Below the pieces are notes generated by a model that did no database searches, was not told the DNA's origin, and saw only the letters and a program-made list of their open reading frames with translations. Position numbers and translations under genes: made by a program. Shown here piece after piece: positions 26,826 through 35,262 of a stretch of 64,000 nt of DNA. How positions within the stretch are numbered: the stretch's first letter is position 1; every line of letters starts with the position of its first letter. Origin of the DNA: Chitinophagales bacterium. GTDB taxonomy: Bacteria > Bacteroidota > Bacteroidia > Chitinophagales > CAIODY01. The DNA lies in assembly GCA_947452995.1 (NCBI GenBank), contig CANGEV010000010.1, positions 4,182 through 68,181 on the forward strand, given 5' to 3'.

Positions 26826-27344
26826 ATGATGAAAGGTTTCATTAGTTCAGTCGTCTTTATTTTTTTCTTATTCACAATATCAAAAGGGCTAGCACAATGT
26901 CAAGACTCTTCTGATGCCACATTAAAGGAAACTACGGCTTGGCTAGTAACTAAGATTAATACTTACGGTGGTCGCGCATTACCGCCAACAACATATCGTG
27001 CAAGTGCTGACAGTTCTATTCTAACAATCTATGAGCTTGGATTGAACGAGAACTTTGAAATTAAAGACACAATTAACGTTTGTCAATTTAATCTGAAAGA
27101 CCTTGATTTAACAAAAATGTCTGTACGATATTTGAATAAAAATAAAACGCGCTTCGGGATTAAATTAGAATCCAAAAAACAAAAGGCAATTAGTTATTCT
27201 AAGACCTTATTTGTTTATAGTAGTGCTTACGAAATATTAATTAACTGCACACAAGAAATGGATCTCCCATTGCGTTTTATTAAAGCGATAAGACACGGAT
27301 ATTGTCTAAGTGGCGGCAATATTGAAGTAAAAGAAAAATTTTAA
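26826..27344 (+). CDS. Hypothetical secreted protein
   Basis: 172 aa with a signal peptide ending KGLAQC. I recognise no family, and the codon usage is AT-rich like its neighbours. Confidence 0.5.
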   Translation: MMKGFISSVVFIFFLFTISKGLAQCQDSSDATLKETTAWLVTKINTYGGRALPPTTYRASADSSILTIYELGLNENFEIKDTINVCQFNLKDLDLTKMSVRYLNKNKTRFGIKLESKKQKAISYSKTLFVYSSAYEILINCTQEMDLPLRFIKAIRHGYCLSGGNIEVKEKF

Positions 27345-27353
27345 ATTGTTTAC

Positions 27354-27782
27354 ATGATTCAAAGATTCCAATTAGAAATCCGGATAACGTTATCTGCCTT
27401 ATTAATCCTTGCCATAAACTCGTGTGGCCCTACTGCTACTGAAAGAGTTGATCGTGAAAAGTTTATTGCCGATTCCGTTGCCACTGCAATAAAAACTAAA
27501 CTTGTTTTAACTGACTCATTGGCAAAGCAAGAACAATTGAAACAAGAAAATGAGTTAGCCTTAAAAAAAGATGAGGAAGACATGAATGTTGCAAATGCTA
27601 AAATGCAAAGCATTCAGGAATATACCTTCTTGCGAACTGCATCTGAGAAGGAAGACCAAATCAGAAATCAAACTCAAGAGATTCAAAATATTCGTGAAGC
27701 AATCGAGCTACACACTAAAAATATTCAAGTTTTAACTGCCAAAGTAGCAAGTCTTAAAAATGAATTAGTCAAATATCAATAA
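27354..27782 (+). CDS. Hypothetical coiled-coil lipoprotein
   Basis: 142 aa with a lipobox-like LAINSC, followed by a heptad-rich Q/E/K sequence. The gene starts 9 nt after the preceding stop. Confidence 0.5.
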   Translation: MIQRFQLEIRITLSALLILAINSCGPTATERVDREKFIADSVATAIKTKLVLTDSLAKQEQLKQENELALKKDEEDMNVANAKMQSIQEYTFLRTASEKEDQIRNQTQEIQNIREAIELHTKNIQVLTAKVASLKNELVKYQ

Positions 27783-27835
27783 ACAACAAGAGTATTGCTA
27801 GATTCGAAAATTGATTCCAGTAAGCTTTACTTCAT

Positions 27836-27873
27836 AAAAAACTCCCGCTCGCGTAAGCTAGCAGGAGTTTTTA
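27836..27873. terminator. Bidirectional terminator closing the AT-rich islet
   Basis: AACTCCCGCT(840-849) pairs with AGCAGGAGTT(860-869) at 9 of 10 positions. An A-run lies upstream and a T-run downstream. Confidence 0.65.
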
Positions 27874-27900
27874 AAGTTAAAAGTGAATAGTTAAAAATAA

Positions 27901-27954
27901 AATTCATTCCCCTTTCACTCTTCCCTGTTCCTTCCGATTGCAAAGCAATCGGAA
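27901..27954 (+). repeat. Second copy of the composite repeat: 7-nt-periodic pyrimidine tract plus CCGAT/ATCGG hairpin
   Basis: Heptads AATTCAT TCCCCTT TCACTCT TCCCTGT TCCTTCC are followed by the hairpin TTCCGATTG-CAAAG-CAATCGGAA (27932-27954). The hairpin ends directly next to the E2 stop codon. Confidence 0.7.
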
Positions 27955-29289
27955 TTATATCTCTCTGTCTCCTTCGAAGTTCTGTAACAACTCCGCAACA
28001 CGACTCAAGAAACGACCACCTAAAGCGCCATCTACCACACGGTGATCATAGCTCATGCTTAACATCATCATATGACGAATCGCAATCACATCGCCTTGTG
28101 GCGTTTCTAAAACAACCGGCTTCTTTTTGATACTACCTACCGCCATAATCGCTACTTGTGGCTGATTTATAATCGGAGTACCCATCAAACTACCAAAACT
28201 TCCCACGTTAGTTAAGGTGAATGTACCTTCTTGAATATCTTCAGGCTTCAAGGCGTTCTTACGACCCGCATTTGCCAAACGATTCACTTCTTTCGTCAAG
28301 CCTATCAAATTACGTTGATCCGCATTTTTGATAACAGGTACAATCAAATTGCCGCTCGGCGTAGCTGTAGCCATACCTACGTTGATGTCTTTCTTCAAAA
28401 TGATACGCGTTCCATCTACACTTGCATTCACGCCAGGGAATTCCTTCAACGCTTTTGCTACAGCCTCTACAAAAACTGGTGTATAGGTAATTTTTTCACC
28501 TTCACGCTTTTCAAAAGAATTCTTAATACGCTCACGCCACATAACCAAGTTGGTTACATCCGCCTCCGCAAAAGAAGTCACGTGCGGTGATGTAGCCTTA
28601 CTACGTACCATATGGTCTGCTATCAACTTACGCATGCGATCCATTTCTACCACCTCTACATTCCCTGTAATCGGTGCAGGAGCTGGTGCTGCTGCTGGCG
28701 TTTCTACCACAGGTGCCGCCGCTACTGGAGCCGCTGCTACCGGTGCTGCAACTGCTGCCGGAGCAGGAGCTGTACCACGCTTGCTCACGTAGTTTAAGAT
28801 ATCCGACTTCGATACACGACCGTCTTTACCCGTTCCAGGAATCATTTCTAGCTCTTGCATCGAGATGCCTTCCTGACGAGCAATATTTAATACTAAAGGA
28901 GAGTAGAAACGGTTGCCACCACTTACAACAGGCGCAGGACTTGCACTTGCTGCCGGTGCTGCTGGAACAAACGGTACGGTCGCTGCCACAGGTGCTGCTG
29001 CCGGAGCTGTTGCTGCTGGCGCTGCGCTCGGTGTAGCTACTGCTCCCGCTGCTGAATCGATGACCGCAATCACCTTTCCAACCGGAACTACATCGTTCTC
29101 GTTAAAAAGAATCTCCACCAAGGTGCCAGCGCCTGTACTCGGTACTTCGCTATCCACTTTGTCGGTGGCGATATCTAAAATCATTTCGTCCATCGCTACC
29201 TGATCACCTACCTTCTTCTTCCACTTCAAAATGGTAGCTTCCATGATACTTTCGCCCATTTTAGGCATTACTAACTCGTGACGTGCCAT
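27955..29289 (-). CDS. Dihydrolipoyllysine-residue acyltransferase (E2 component of a 2-oxoacid dehydrogenase complex)
   Basis: ATG 29289 gives [25 protein letters not shown]. It has a lipoyl domain ([11 protein letters not shown]), Ala/Pro linkers, an E3-binding domain ([13 protein letters not shown]) and the catalytic motif SYDHRVVDG. Confidence 0.92.
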   Translation of the reverse strand: MARHELVMPKMGESIMEATILKWKKKVGDQVAMDEMILDIATDKVDSEVPSTGAGTLVEILFNENDVVPVGKVIAVIDSAAGAVATPSAAPAATAPAAAPVAATVPFVPAAPAASASPAPVVSGGNRFYSPLVLNIARQEGISMQELEMIPGTGKDGRVSKSDILNYVSKRGTAPAPAAVAAPVAAAPVAAAPVVETPAAAPAPAPITGNVEVVEMDRMRKLIADHMVRSKATSPHVTSFAEADVTNLVMWRERIKNSFEKREGEKITYTPVFVEAVAKALKEFPGVNASVDGTRIILKKDINVGMATATPSGNLIVPVIKNADQRNLIGLTKEVNRLANAGRKNALKPEDIQEGTFTLTNVGSFGSLMGTPIINQPQVAIMAVGSIKKKPVVLETPQGDVIAIRHMMMLSMSYDHRVVDGALGGRFLSRVAELLQNFEGDREI

Positions 29290-29330
29290 AACTTTGATTT
29301 TCGAACGGCGAAAATACGAAAAAAGACGGA

Positions 29331-29338
29331 TATCTTTG
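29331..29338 (+). promoter_or_regulatory. -7 element TATCTTTG only 6 nt before the obg ATG
   Basis: This is an exact TAnnTTTG match. I found no convincing -33 element. Confidence 0.35.
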
Positions 29339-29344
29339 TGCTTA

Positions 29345-30337
29345 ATGGAAAACAGCAATTTCGTCGACTACGTCAAGATATTTTTTCGCAGCGGCGCGGG
29401 TGGAGCAGGATCTGTCCACTTTCATAAAGATAAATTTACCCGCAAAGGCGGACCCGATGGTGGCGATGGTGGCCGTGGTGCGAATATCATCCTTCGCGGT
29501 AATGCGCAACTATGGACCTTACTTCACCTAAAATATAAAAAACATATTTTCGCTCCCGACGGTGCTAATGGCGCAGGAGAGCTTTGTACAGGGCTTTCTG
29601 GTCAGGATGTCATCGTTGAAGTGCCGCTCGGAACCGTGGCACGCGACTTCGAAACAGGGCAGGTAGACTTTGAAATAACTGAAGATGGAGAAGAGCGAGT
29701 GCTATTATACGGCGGTCGTGGAGGTAAAGGAAACGCACACTTTAAATCACCGACCCGCCAAACGCCACGCTTCGCACAGCCTGGCGAACCTCGCATAGAA
29801 TCCACTAAAATTCTTGAATTAAAGGTCTTGGCCGATGTCGGTTTAGTAGGCTTCCCGAACGCCGGCAAGTCGACTTTATTGTCGAAAATAACGGCTGCTA
29901 AGCCTGTTATCGCGGATTATCCTTTCACAACCCTAACGCCACAGCTCGGAATTGTACAACATCGTGGACATCAGACCTTCATCATGGCCGATATCCCAGG
30001 AATCATCGAAGGCGCCTCAGAAGGGAAAGGACTCGGCTTGCGTTTCTTGCGTCATATCGAACGAAACTCGGTGCTCTTGTTTATGATCGCTGCCGACGAT
30101 AATGATATCAAAGCAACTTTGAAGATCTTGAAGAATGAGTTGAAGAAGTATAACAAAGAGCTAATGCATAAACAGCACGTCTTGGCGATTACGAAGTCGG
30201 ATTTATTGGATGATGAATTGAAAAAATTAATCAAGAAAACATTACCAAAGACAATGCCTGTCGTGTTTATCTCCTCGTATTTGGGGGAAGGTTTGCAAGA
30301 ATTGAAAGATGTATTGTGGCAAGAGTTGAATAAATGA
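29345..30337 (+). CDS. obg: GTPase Obg/CgtA
   Basis: ATG 29345 gives [26 protein letters not shown]. It has the glycine-rich Obg fold and the G1 motif GFPNAGKST, with [10 protein letters not shown] also present. Confidence 0.96.
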   Translation: MENSNFVDYVKIFFRSGAGGAGSVHFHKDKFTRKGGPDGGDGGRGANIILRGNAQLWTLLHLKYKKHIFAPDGANGAGELCTGLSGQDVIVEVPLGTVARDFETGQVDFEITEDGEERVLLYGGRGGKGNAHFKSPTRQTPRFAQPGEPRIESTKILELKVLADVGLVGFPNAGKSTLLSKITAAKPVIADYPFTTLTPQLGIVQHRGHQTFIMADIPGIIEGASEGKGLGLRFLRHIERNSVLLFMIAADDNDIKATLKILKNELKKYNKELMHKQHVLAITKSDLLDDELKKLIKKTLPKTMPVVFISSYLGEGLQELKDVLWQELNK

Positions 30338-31263
30338 GTAAATATCGCGGAGCCAATTACGGGTTTATCAATTGGGTGATTGTATTCGCTCTAGCTCTCA
30401 CGTGGGGCACTTCTTTCGTACTTATCAAACATTCCTTAATGGGCTTAGAACGCTTTGAGGTAGCAAGTTTGCGCATCGTAATAACAATGACGGTTTTACT
30501 GCCATTTGTGTTTATCTATCGTAGACGCGTGACTCGTGCGAGATACCCACTGCTTTTTTTAAGTGGATTCTTAGGAAGTGGTTTGCCTGCCTATTTATTC
30601 TCTACCGCACAGCAACATTTGCCAAGCTCCATAGCTGGTGTCTTGAATGCGCTTACACCCGTTTGGGCGCTCGTTTTAGGGATACTCATTTTCCGACACA
30701 AAACACATCTCTTGCAAGTGCTTGGCGTAGTATTAGGCTTTTTCGGAGCGATGTTTTTAATTGTGAACGGCAAGGTGCAATTCGACTGGGAACATTTACA
30801 GTATGCTTTTTATATCATCATAGCTACAGCCTGTTATGGCGCAAACTTAAATCTTGTGCGCTCAAAATTGTCTCATGTACCACCCATCGCTATTGTCGCT
30901 TATGCGTTTTTATTGATTGGTATTCCGGCTTTGATCATTTTAATTAGCACCGGCTTCTTTCAACGCATCGGTTCTGCCCCTGCCGCTCAACATGCAATGC
31001 TTTATATAAGTACTTTGGCAATCGTTGGAACGGCTGGCGCATCTATCGTTTTTTATATGCTCGTCCAACGGACATCTACCATGTTCGGCGCCATGACTAC
31101 CTACCTCATACCTGTCGTAGCTGTTATTTGGGGATTATTTGACGGAGAATCCATCGGATGGTCGCATGCCATCGGACTAGCCTTAGTTTTACTAGGCGTT
31201 TACTTCGCCACACGTAAAAAAATTAAAGAAAATCCTGCAAGCGAAACGCAGCCTGCGAAATAA
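30334..31263 (+). CDS. DMT-superfamily (EamA-like) transporter
   Basis: 309 aa with ten predicted TM helices in two EamA-like halves. The start overlaps the obg stop (ATGA). Confidence 0.8.
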   Translation: MSKYRGANYGFINWVIVFALALTWGTSFVLIKHSLMGLERFEVASLRIVITMTVLLPFVFIYRRRVTRARYPLLFLSGFLGSGLPAYLFSTAQQHLPSSIAGVLNALTPVWALVLGILIFRHKTHLLQVLGVVLGFFGAMFLIVNGKVQFDWEHLQYAFYIIIATACYGANLNLVRSKLSHVPPIAIVAYAFLLIGIPALIILISTGFFQRIGSAPAAQHAMLYISTLAIVGTAGASIVFYMLVQRTSTMFGAMTTYLIPVVAVIWGLFDGESIGWSHAIGLALVLLGVYFATRKKIKENPASETQPAK

Positions 31264-32266
31264 ACGGAAAGCCCTTCGTTTCCTGTAAATGTTTGGCAAG
31301 ATATTCTTGCTCTACCTGCCCGGGCGTTGGAATAAATACCGCGTGCTTACAGCCCAATACCTCTAAATCCATGATCGTACTATAGCCGCTACGAACTACC
31401 AACGAATCGCAATTCGTATAGATAGATGCCATCTCTTCACTATCTGCGAAATCGATGATTTCTAAATTAGCAGGTAACGCTTCTTCTATTTTAGATAGAT
31501 GTGCGTTGCCGCGAACTAATAAAAATTTATAATGAGCCGTGTCACTCGAAGCATTTATTTGTTCGATAATTTGCTGTTCAAAAATACTTCGCTGTGGCTC
31601 TGGTCCGCTCAACACAAAACTCATTTTTTTGTGCAAAGCCTCATTTCGTTCGCTTGCTTTCATTCGACTCAAAGGCCCTATGAATCGAGTATTCGTGCTT
31701 AGCTTCGCTTTATGTGACAAAGCTCCACTTAAATTGTCTTGAGTGGCAAAGTCAGGAATCCAACACGCATCATACTTTCGAATACACCATTGTATAAAAC
31801 CATTCGTCAGCGGGCTCATCCATTGCCAAATTCGTGGCAGCGGCAATTGTAATTGATGCGTAATGAAAACAGAATAACAGTTTTTATTGAAAAGTCCATA
31901 ACGATTGTCGGAAATGACAACATCCAAATTTTCGCTAATCCGAATTTTTTCTAAAGCCTTATGTTCGCTATAGATAGAAAAGAGAAAGGAAGGCAATTGT
32001 TTCAAAAGTACCCACCAAAGCCACTTTGGATCGTTGCTATAACGAATAGCTTTTCCCGGCAGACGTAATAAAGGTAATTGCGGATATAAACGGGCAAGGA
32101 CTTCAAACGCGTTTCCATCAGCTGCGAGGATCACTTCATTTTCTAAACGCACTAAGTCGTCAATAATCGGTACACAACGTGTTGCATGACCAATCCCCCA
32201 ATCTAATGGAGTGACCAAAACGCGTTTTCGTTTCGGTAAAAGTGCAGAAAGTATTGTGTCTTGCAA
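31223..32266 (-). CDS. Glycosyltransferase (MurG/GT28-GT1-like fold)
   Basis: 347 aa. The N-terminus (VLVTPLDWGIGHATRCVPI) and C-terminus (RSGYSTIMDL...IPTPGQVEQEYLA) resemble the UDP-glycosyltransferase/MurG superfamily. The 3' end overlaps the convergent EamA gene by 41 nt. Confidence 0.6.
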   Translation of the reverse strand: MQDTILSALLPKRKRVLVTPLDWGIGHATRCVPIIDDLVRLENEVILAADGNAFEVLARLYPQLPLLRLPGKAIRYSNDPKWLWWVLLKQLPSFLFSIYSEHKALEKIRISENLDVVISDNRYGLFNKNCYSVFITHQLQLPLPRIWQWMSPLTNGFIQWCIRKYDACWIPDFATQDNLSGALSHKAKLSTNTRFIGPLSRMKASERNEALHKKMSFVLSGPEPQRSIFEQQIIEQINASSDTAHYKFLLVRGNAHLSKIEEALPANLEIIDFADSEEMASIYTNCDSLVVRSGYSTIMDLEVLGCKHAVFIPTPGQVEQEYLAKHLQETKGFPFISQAAFRLQDFL

Positions 32267-32371
32267 TGGCTAAAATTCTATTTTAAAAATACGCATTTCC
32301 AACAAGAGTATAAAATCTAAGCAAGAGGCTCTCTTTGACGAACAAATTGACGAGTAGCGTGTTTTATTTGT

Positions 32372-32647
32372 ATGGAATTATCTCAACTAGATATTGATCG
32401 TGTAATACAAATGGCCTGGGAGGATAGAACTCCTTTCGAAGCGATTTTTATTCAATTCAAATTGACGGAAGCAGATACGATTCAGTTGATGCGAAAGAAT
32501 CTCAAAAGATCATCGTTTAACCTATGGCGGAAAAGAGTGAACACGGGAGTGAGTCAGAAACATATGAAGCGTAGAGATCCCGATATCCTACGATTTAAGT
32601 GCAGTCGTCAACGAACGATTACTTTAAATAAAATTAGCAAGCGATGA
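32372..32647 (+). CDS. TIGR03643/DUF2805-family small protein
   Basis: 91 aa. The pattern is DRVIQMAWEDRTPFEAIFIQFKLTEADTIQLMRKNLKRSSFNLWRKRV. This family is typically linked to photolyase/cryptochrome genes. Confidence 0.7.
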   Translation: MELSQLDIDRVIQMAWEDRTPFEAIFIQFKLTEADTIQLMRKNLKRSSFNLWRKRVNTGVSQKHMKRRDPDILRFKCSRQRTITLNKISKR

Positions 32648-33267
32648 ACAAAGAAATGAAAGTGATATTGGCGGAGGAGTTGAAAAGCTATACGCGGTTT
32701 TATCGTGGGAATTTGGTGAACTGCTTAACAGGTGCCAAACCGGCATTTTTAGCAGGAACGAAGAGTGAAAACGGCCTAAGCAATTTGGCATTATTTACCA
32801 ATGTGTTTCACCTCGGCGCCGATCCGGCTTTGATAGGCTATGTACAGCGACCTGTAGGGCAGAGTGGGGATACGTTTCGCAACATTGAAGCAACGCAATG
32901 TTTCACACTCAGTCTTGTCACCGAAGAAATTGCTGCAGCGGCGCATCAAACCAGTGCACGCTATCCAAGTGAGGTTTCAGAATTTGAAGCCTGTAATTTG
33001 AAGGAAGAATATCTATCGGATTTCTTTGCGCCTGCCGTCGCTGAAAGTCCCTTGCAAATTGGCTTGCGCCTTTTTCAAATAGTGCCAATGGAGGTAAATG
33101 ATACCAAACTTATCATTTCGAAAGTGGAGTGGATTAAGATTAAAGCAAGTATGCTGCAAGAAGATGGAAATTTGAATTTCGAAGGACAGCACGCAGTGAA
33201 TGTACTCGGCCTAGAAAATTATTATGCACTGAATTTTATCGGGCATAAAGCTTACGCAAAGGTATGA
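32644..33267 (+). CDS. Flavin reductase-like (FMN-binding split-barrel) protein
   Basis: 207 aa with the pattern LTGAKPAFLAGTKSENGLSNLALFTNVFHLGADPALIGY...GDTFRNIEAT. The start overlaps the upstream stop (ATGA). Confidence 0.45.
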   Translation: MNKEMKVILAEELKSYTRFYRGNLVNCLTGAKPAFLAGTKSENGLSNLALFTNVFHLGADPALIGYVQRPVGQSGDTFRNIEATQCFTLSLVTEEIAAAAHQTSARYPSEVSEFEACNLKEEYLSDFFAPAVAESPLQIGLRLFQIVPMEVNDTKLIISKVEWIKIKASMLQEDGNLNFEGQHAVNVLGLENYYALNFIGHKAYAKV

Positions 33268-34346
33268 TGCGAGCTGATTTGAACTACGAGGATTTATTGG
33301 CGATAGTGGATGACTTGGATGTGGTGAAATATGCTAGAACACGCAATTTCATCGACGGCTCCGTTACATACCTTTCGCCGTATATCAGTCGTGGAATCAT
33401 AAGCACCAAACAAATTTATACACGTCTTCGTCAGCGAGGTATCGCTGCTAAAGACATGGAGATGTTTTTGAAGGAGCTTTTATGGCGTGATTATTTTCAA
33501 CGGCTAGGACAGACGAGGGTAGCTGAATGGAATACCGAATGTCTGGATCATTTTCCGGAATGTTTGGTGAATGCCACCACAGGAATTAAGGCGGTGGACG
33601 AAGGGATAAGCGTATTACGCGAGACGGGGTATATGCATAATCATCTAAGAATGTACCTCGCATCCATTATCTTGAATGTCGCCAAACACCCCTATAATGC
33701 GCCTGCTAAATGGTTATACTATCATTTGCTCGATGCCGACTTCGCAAGTAATACAGCCTCGTGGCTTTGGGTGAATGGGTATAGAGGAAAGAAAAAATAT
33801 TGGGTGAATCAAGAAAATATTAATCACTACACGAACTCGAAACAAAGCAATTCTTTCTTAGATAAAAGTTATGAAGAGCTGCCGGAAGCGCCTACACCAA
33901 AGCATTTGGAGCGCTTAGTTGATTTGCAGCTTGAAACGAATTTACCTGAAAGTGAGGTGTTGAACTTCGACCAGACAAAAGAAGTTTTGATCTATACGCC
34001 GTATAATCTCGACCCTAATTGGCATCTTGATGAATCATTTAATCGTGTGCTGTGGTTAAGTCCAAACTATTTTAAACATTGGCCAATGTCTGATAAAACG
34101 ATTCAGTTCATTTTGTTGAATGCACTTCGCATAAAGGGTTTGCAGGTTTTTGTTGGAGAGCTTGAAGAACTTCGACAAATAATTCCGACAGCAAAACTTC
34201 GGATGAAAGAACATCCACTTTTTCACTTTAAAGAAATTGTGTACGAAGAACGTGATTGGATAGTCCCTTCATTACAAGGAGAATTTCCTTCCTTCTTCAA
34301 CTATTGGAATAAAGCAAGCAAAGCGATTTACGGGGATGAAAAATAA
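33264..34346 (+). CDS. Photolyase/cryptochrome-family protein that starts with the FAD-binding helical domain; the alpha/beta-domain-like segment sits at the C-terminus
   Basis: 360 aa. FAD-domain motifs are YLSPYISRGIIS, LKELLWRDYF, TGYMHNHLRMYLASI and DADFASNTASWLWVNG. The C-terminal ~130 aa (EVLIYTPYNLDPNW, RVLWLSPNYF, IKGLQVFVGELEELRQII) resembles the photolyase N-terminal domain. Confidence 0.7.
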   Translation: MMRADLNYEDLLAIVDDLDVVKYARTRNFIDGSVTYLSPYISRGIISTKQIYTRLRQRGIAAKDMEMFLKELLWRDYFQRLGQTRVAEWNTECLDHFPECLVNATTGIKAVDEGISVLRETGYMHNHLRMYLASIILNVAKHPYNAPAKWLYYHLLDADFASNTASWLWVNGYRGKKKYWVNQENINHYTNSKQSNSFLDKSYEELPEAPTPKHLERLVDLQLETNLPESEVLNFDQTKEVLIYTPYNLDPNWHLDESFNRVLWLSPNYFKHWPMSDKTIQFILLNALRIKGLQVFVGELEELRQIIPTAKLRMKEHPLFHFKEIVYEERDWIVPSLQGEFPSFFNYWNKASKAIYGDEK

Positions 34347-34485
34347 AAAGAAAGAATTCCTTCCGGAGAAAATATGTCTCGTTTGCAATCGACCTTTTAC
34401 CTGGCGCAAGAAATGGGAGAAATGTTGGGAAGAGGTGAAATACTGTAGCGACGGCTGTCGCAAGAAAAGAAGTGCAAATACTTAA
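34336..34485 (+). CDS. DUF2256-family zinc-ribbon protein (49 aa; not in the supplied ORF track)
   Basis: My own translation gives MKNKKKEFLPEKICLVCNRPFTWRKKWEKCWEEVKYCSDGCRKKRSANT. The C-x2-C...C-x3-C pattern and the WRKKW motif are typical of DUF2256. It overlaps the upstream gene by 11 nt. Confidence 0.8.
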   Translation: MKNKKKEFLPEKICLVCNRPFTWRKKWEKCWEEVKYCSDGCRKKRSANT

Positions 34486-34494
34486 TGCAAGTCA

Positions 34495-34525
34495 ATTGTT
34501 TTCGCCCCTTGTCTTTTTAATTTTG
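34495..34525 (+). promoter_or_regulatory. Candidate promoter for the pirin gene
   Basis: ATTG (34495-34498), a 19-nt spacer, then TAATTTTG (34518-34525), 20 nt before the ATG at 34546. Confidence 0.4.
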
Positions 34526-34545
34526 TAGCCTAAAATTTAATTCAG

Positions 34546-35262
34546 ATGCCTAACTATATTTTTCATGCGGCAGATTCTCGCGGAGACGCGAATCATGGCT
34601 GGTTGCATTCCCGTCACACCTTTAGCTTTGCCAATTATTATGAGCCTATACGTATGCATTTTGGCGCTTTGCGTGTCTTGAATGATGATTTTGTTGCGCC
34701 AGGTATGGGCTTCGGAACTCATCCGCACGATAATATGGAAATAATTAGTATTCCCTTGGAAGGCGACTTAGAACATAGCGATAGCATGGGTAATACGACT
34801 GTAATCAAGCACGGAGATATTCAGGTAATGTCGGCTGGAACGGGGATTCGCCACTCTGAATACAATAAGAATAAGGATAAGCCAGTAAAATTTTTGCAAA
34901 TTTGGGTTTTTCCAAATAAGAAAAATGTGACACCGCGTTACGATCAAATTAGCTTGAACGCGGAGGATCGAAACAATAAATTACAACAAGTACTTTCTCC
35001 GAATGCAAATGATGAAGGTGTTTGGATACATCAAGATGCATGGTTCCATATTGGTCGATTCGATCAAAACGTCGAATTAGATTATCACCTGAAGAAAGAA
35101 GGTAATGGCCTCTATTGTTTTGTGTTGGAAGGTGATTTTGAAATCGATACTTATCAGCTTGGAAAAAGAGATGGATTGGGACTTTCAGAGTTTTCAAAAG
35201 TTTCCATTAAGGCATTGAGTCTAGCAAGTGAAATACTCTTGATGGAAGTGCCAATGCGCTAG
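34546..35262 (+). CDS. Pirin-family protein
   Basis: 238 aa. The cupin metal-site motifs are FGTHPHDNMEIISIPLEG and EH. Confidence 0.9.
   Translation: MPNYIFHAADSRGDANHGWLHSRHTFSFANYYEPIRMHFGALRVLNDDFVAPGMGFGTHPHDNMEIISIPLEGDLEHSDSMGNTTVIKHGDIQVMSAGTGIRHSEYNKNKDKPVKFLQIWVFPNKKNVTPRYDQISLNAEDRNNKLQQVLSPNANDEGVWIHQDAWFHIGRFDQNVELDYHLKKEGNGLYCFVLEGDFEIDTYQLGKRDGLGLSEFSKVSIKALSLASEILLMEVPMR

Noticed and set aside
25216-27873. The AT-rich islet as a prophage, ICE or transposon
   Set aside because: It has no integrase, transposase, relaxase or phage structural genes. I could find no flanking direct or inverted repeats or tRNA target. I kept it only as a compositionally atypical accessory islet.
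28231-29203. Plus-strand ORFs (119, 80, 61, 120 and 96 aa), several of them Ala/Gly/Thr-rich
   Set aside because: They are antisense to the E2 acyltransferase. The open frames are produced by its Ala/Pro linker codons.
34272-34463. 63-aa minus-strand ORF in the track
   Set aside because: It overlaps the plus-strand 49-aa ORF, which has a clear DUF2256 zinc-ribbon signature and is translationally coupled to the upstream gene. The minus-strand product has no recognisable features.
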